58,325 nucleotides of DNA from a virus. Taxonomy: Duplodnaviria; Caudoviricetes. This document shows positions 57,694 through 58,325 of this stretch, one piece after another. Within the stretch, counting starts at the first letter, position 1. The number at the start of each line of letters is the position of its first letter. A program made the translations under genes and the position numbers. The notes beneath the pieces are model-generated. The model did no database searches, was not told the origin of the DNA, and saw only the letters and a program-made list of their open reading frames with translations. The stretch is taken from positions 1 to 58,325 of IMG/VR virus record IMGVR_UViG_3300032334_000450; one strand, written 5' to 3'.

Positions 57694-57730
57694 GTTTCTT
57701 CCTTAAGTTTTGCAAGTCGTTTTTCGTCAG

Positions 57731-57910
57731 TTATAAATTTGCTTTTTCTGTTGGTTGCGTTAAAAGCTCCTCGTATTTGTTCGTCAAGTCAAAAATGCAA
57801 TCTTGCAGCATGTCAAGTTGCAAAATGAAATGCGATTCATTAAACGTTTTACTGTATCTAACAGAACCTTCTCCCGCATTGTTATCCCAGTGCAATTCAA
57901 TAAGTTTCAT
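57731..57910 (-). CDS. 59-aa hypothetical protein (MKLIELHWDN...)
   Basis: translated by hand; ATGA overlap. Confidence 0.65.
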   Translation of the reverse strand: MKLIELHWDNNAGEGSVRYSKTFNESHFILQLDMLQDCIFDLTNKYEELLTQPTEKANL

Positions 57911-58002
57911 AGTGGCGCGTCTTCGTGGTTATCGGGGTTGAACTTGGGCACTTTAGTGCCCTTGTCTTTTGGGTTTGGAAATGGTGGGAACGGCCATGTC
58001 AT
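57907..58002 (-). CDS. 31-aa Pro-rich peptide MTWPFPPFPNPKDKGTKVPKFNPDNHEDAPL
   Basis: translated by hand; ATGA overlaps on both sides. Confidence 0.65.
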   Translation of the reverse strand: MTWPFPPFPNPKDKGTKVPKFNPDNHEDAPL

Positions 58003-58214
58003 TCTTTCCCCCTTGCTCTGATGGCTTCGGCAATAACTGTTGAAGGGTGAGGCCAACCTACTGCCCACTCGTCAGCAATCCTTGCACACTCTTCACGCTC
58101 TATAAGCACAGCGGCTTTAGTAGCTTCGGCTTTCCAGTAGTAAGGTTGCCCTCTACGCATCTCTTGCTCACGCATAATGCGATCAAACTCGTCGTCTTCA
58201 TCTGTGTGGATCAT
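57999..58214 (-). CDS. small phage protein (EREECARI...IAEAIRARG type)
   Basis: ORF track; AAGGAG RBS. Confidence 0.75.
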   Translation of the reverse strand: MIHTDEDDEFDRIMREQEMRRGQPYYWKAEATKAAVLIEREECARIADEWAVGWPHPSTVIAEAIRARGKE

Positions 58215-58325
58215 GTGTTCTTCTCCTTAAGTTTGGCTTCGATTCGATGGGCAAACTCCTCAAATGAGCGAGTTCCAACAGCTATGTGTTCTTTTGCAAT
58301 CGCTTCAATCTCCTCATCCGTCAGC
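58211..58325 (-). CDS. C-terminal part of small protein (...LTDEEIEAI...IEAKLKEKNT), truncated at window end
   Basis: translated by hand; ATGA overlap with next gene. Confidence 0.65.
   Translation of the reverse strand, partial: LTDEEIEAIAKEHIAVGTRSFEEFAHRIEAKLKEKNT

Noticed and set aside
1-58325. Stop-codon reassignment, tRNA genes, introns/inteins
   Set aside because: Genes are full length in the standard code and use all three stops; no cloverleaf recognised by eye; terminase, polymerase and helicase have normal lengths. A tRNA/Rfam scan was not run.

Overview
The window is a near-complete (~58 kb) genome of a tailed dsDNA phage with podovirus-like gene content, probably circularly permuted: the ORFs truncated at the two ends look like halves of one small-gene family member. 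Three blocks are visible. (1) 1-11.1 kb, minus strand: early/accessory genes including a MoxR-like AAA ATPase, a HExxH+vWA protein, a DUF3150-like protein and a DUF3310 protein, with an AT-rich origin-like segment at 8.76-9.34 kb. (2) 11.4-47.0 kb, plus strand: terminases, portal, scaffold, capsid, adaptors, two repeat-rich tail fibres, lysis genes, internal virion proteins (one of 2372 aa carrying zincin and ART-like domains) and small basic/acidic proteins. (3) 47.0-58.3 kb, minus strand: family-A DNA polymerase, Cas4/RecB-like nuclease, VRR-NUC, SNF2 helicase, SSB, primase-helicase, HNH and GNAT genes. I saw no integrase, tRNA, CRISPR array or reverse transcriptase. The most striking unexplained signal is an 18-bp polar quasi-palindrome, TTAATCCCRYGGGATTAG. 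It occurs nine times between genes of the early region, supplies the TAA stop of four genes, brackets the origin-like segment as an inverted pair, and has a tenth near-copy inside the polymerase gene. An adjacent ~810-bp segment has no GAG/CTC trinucleotide. All family assignments come from motif recognition by eye, not database searches.
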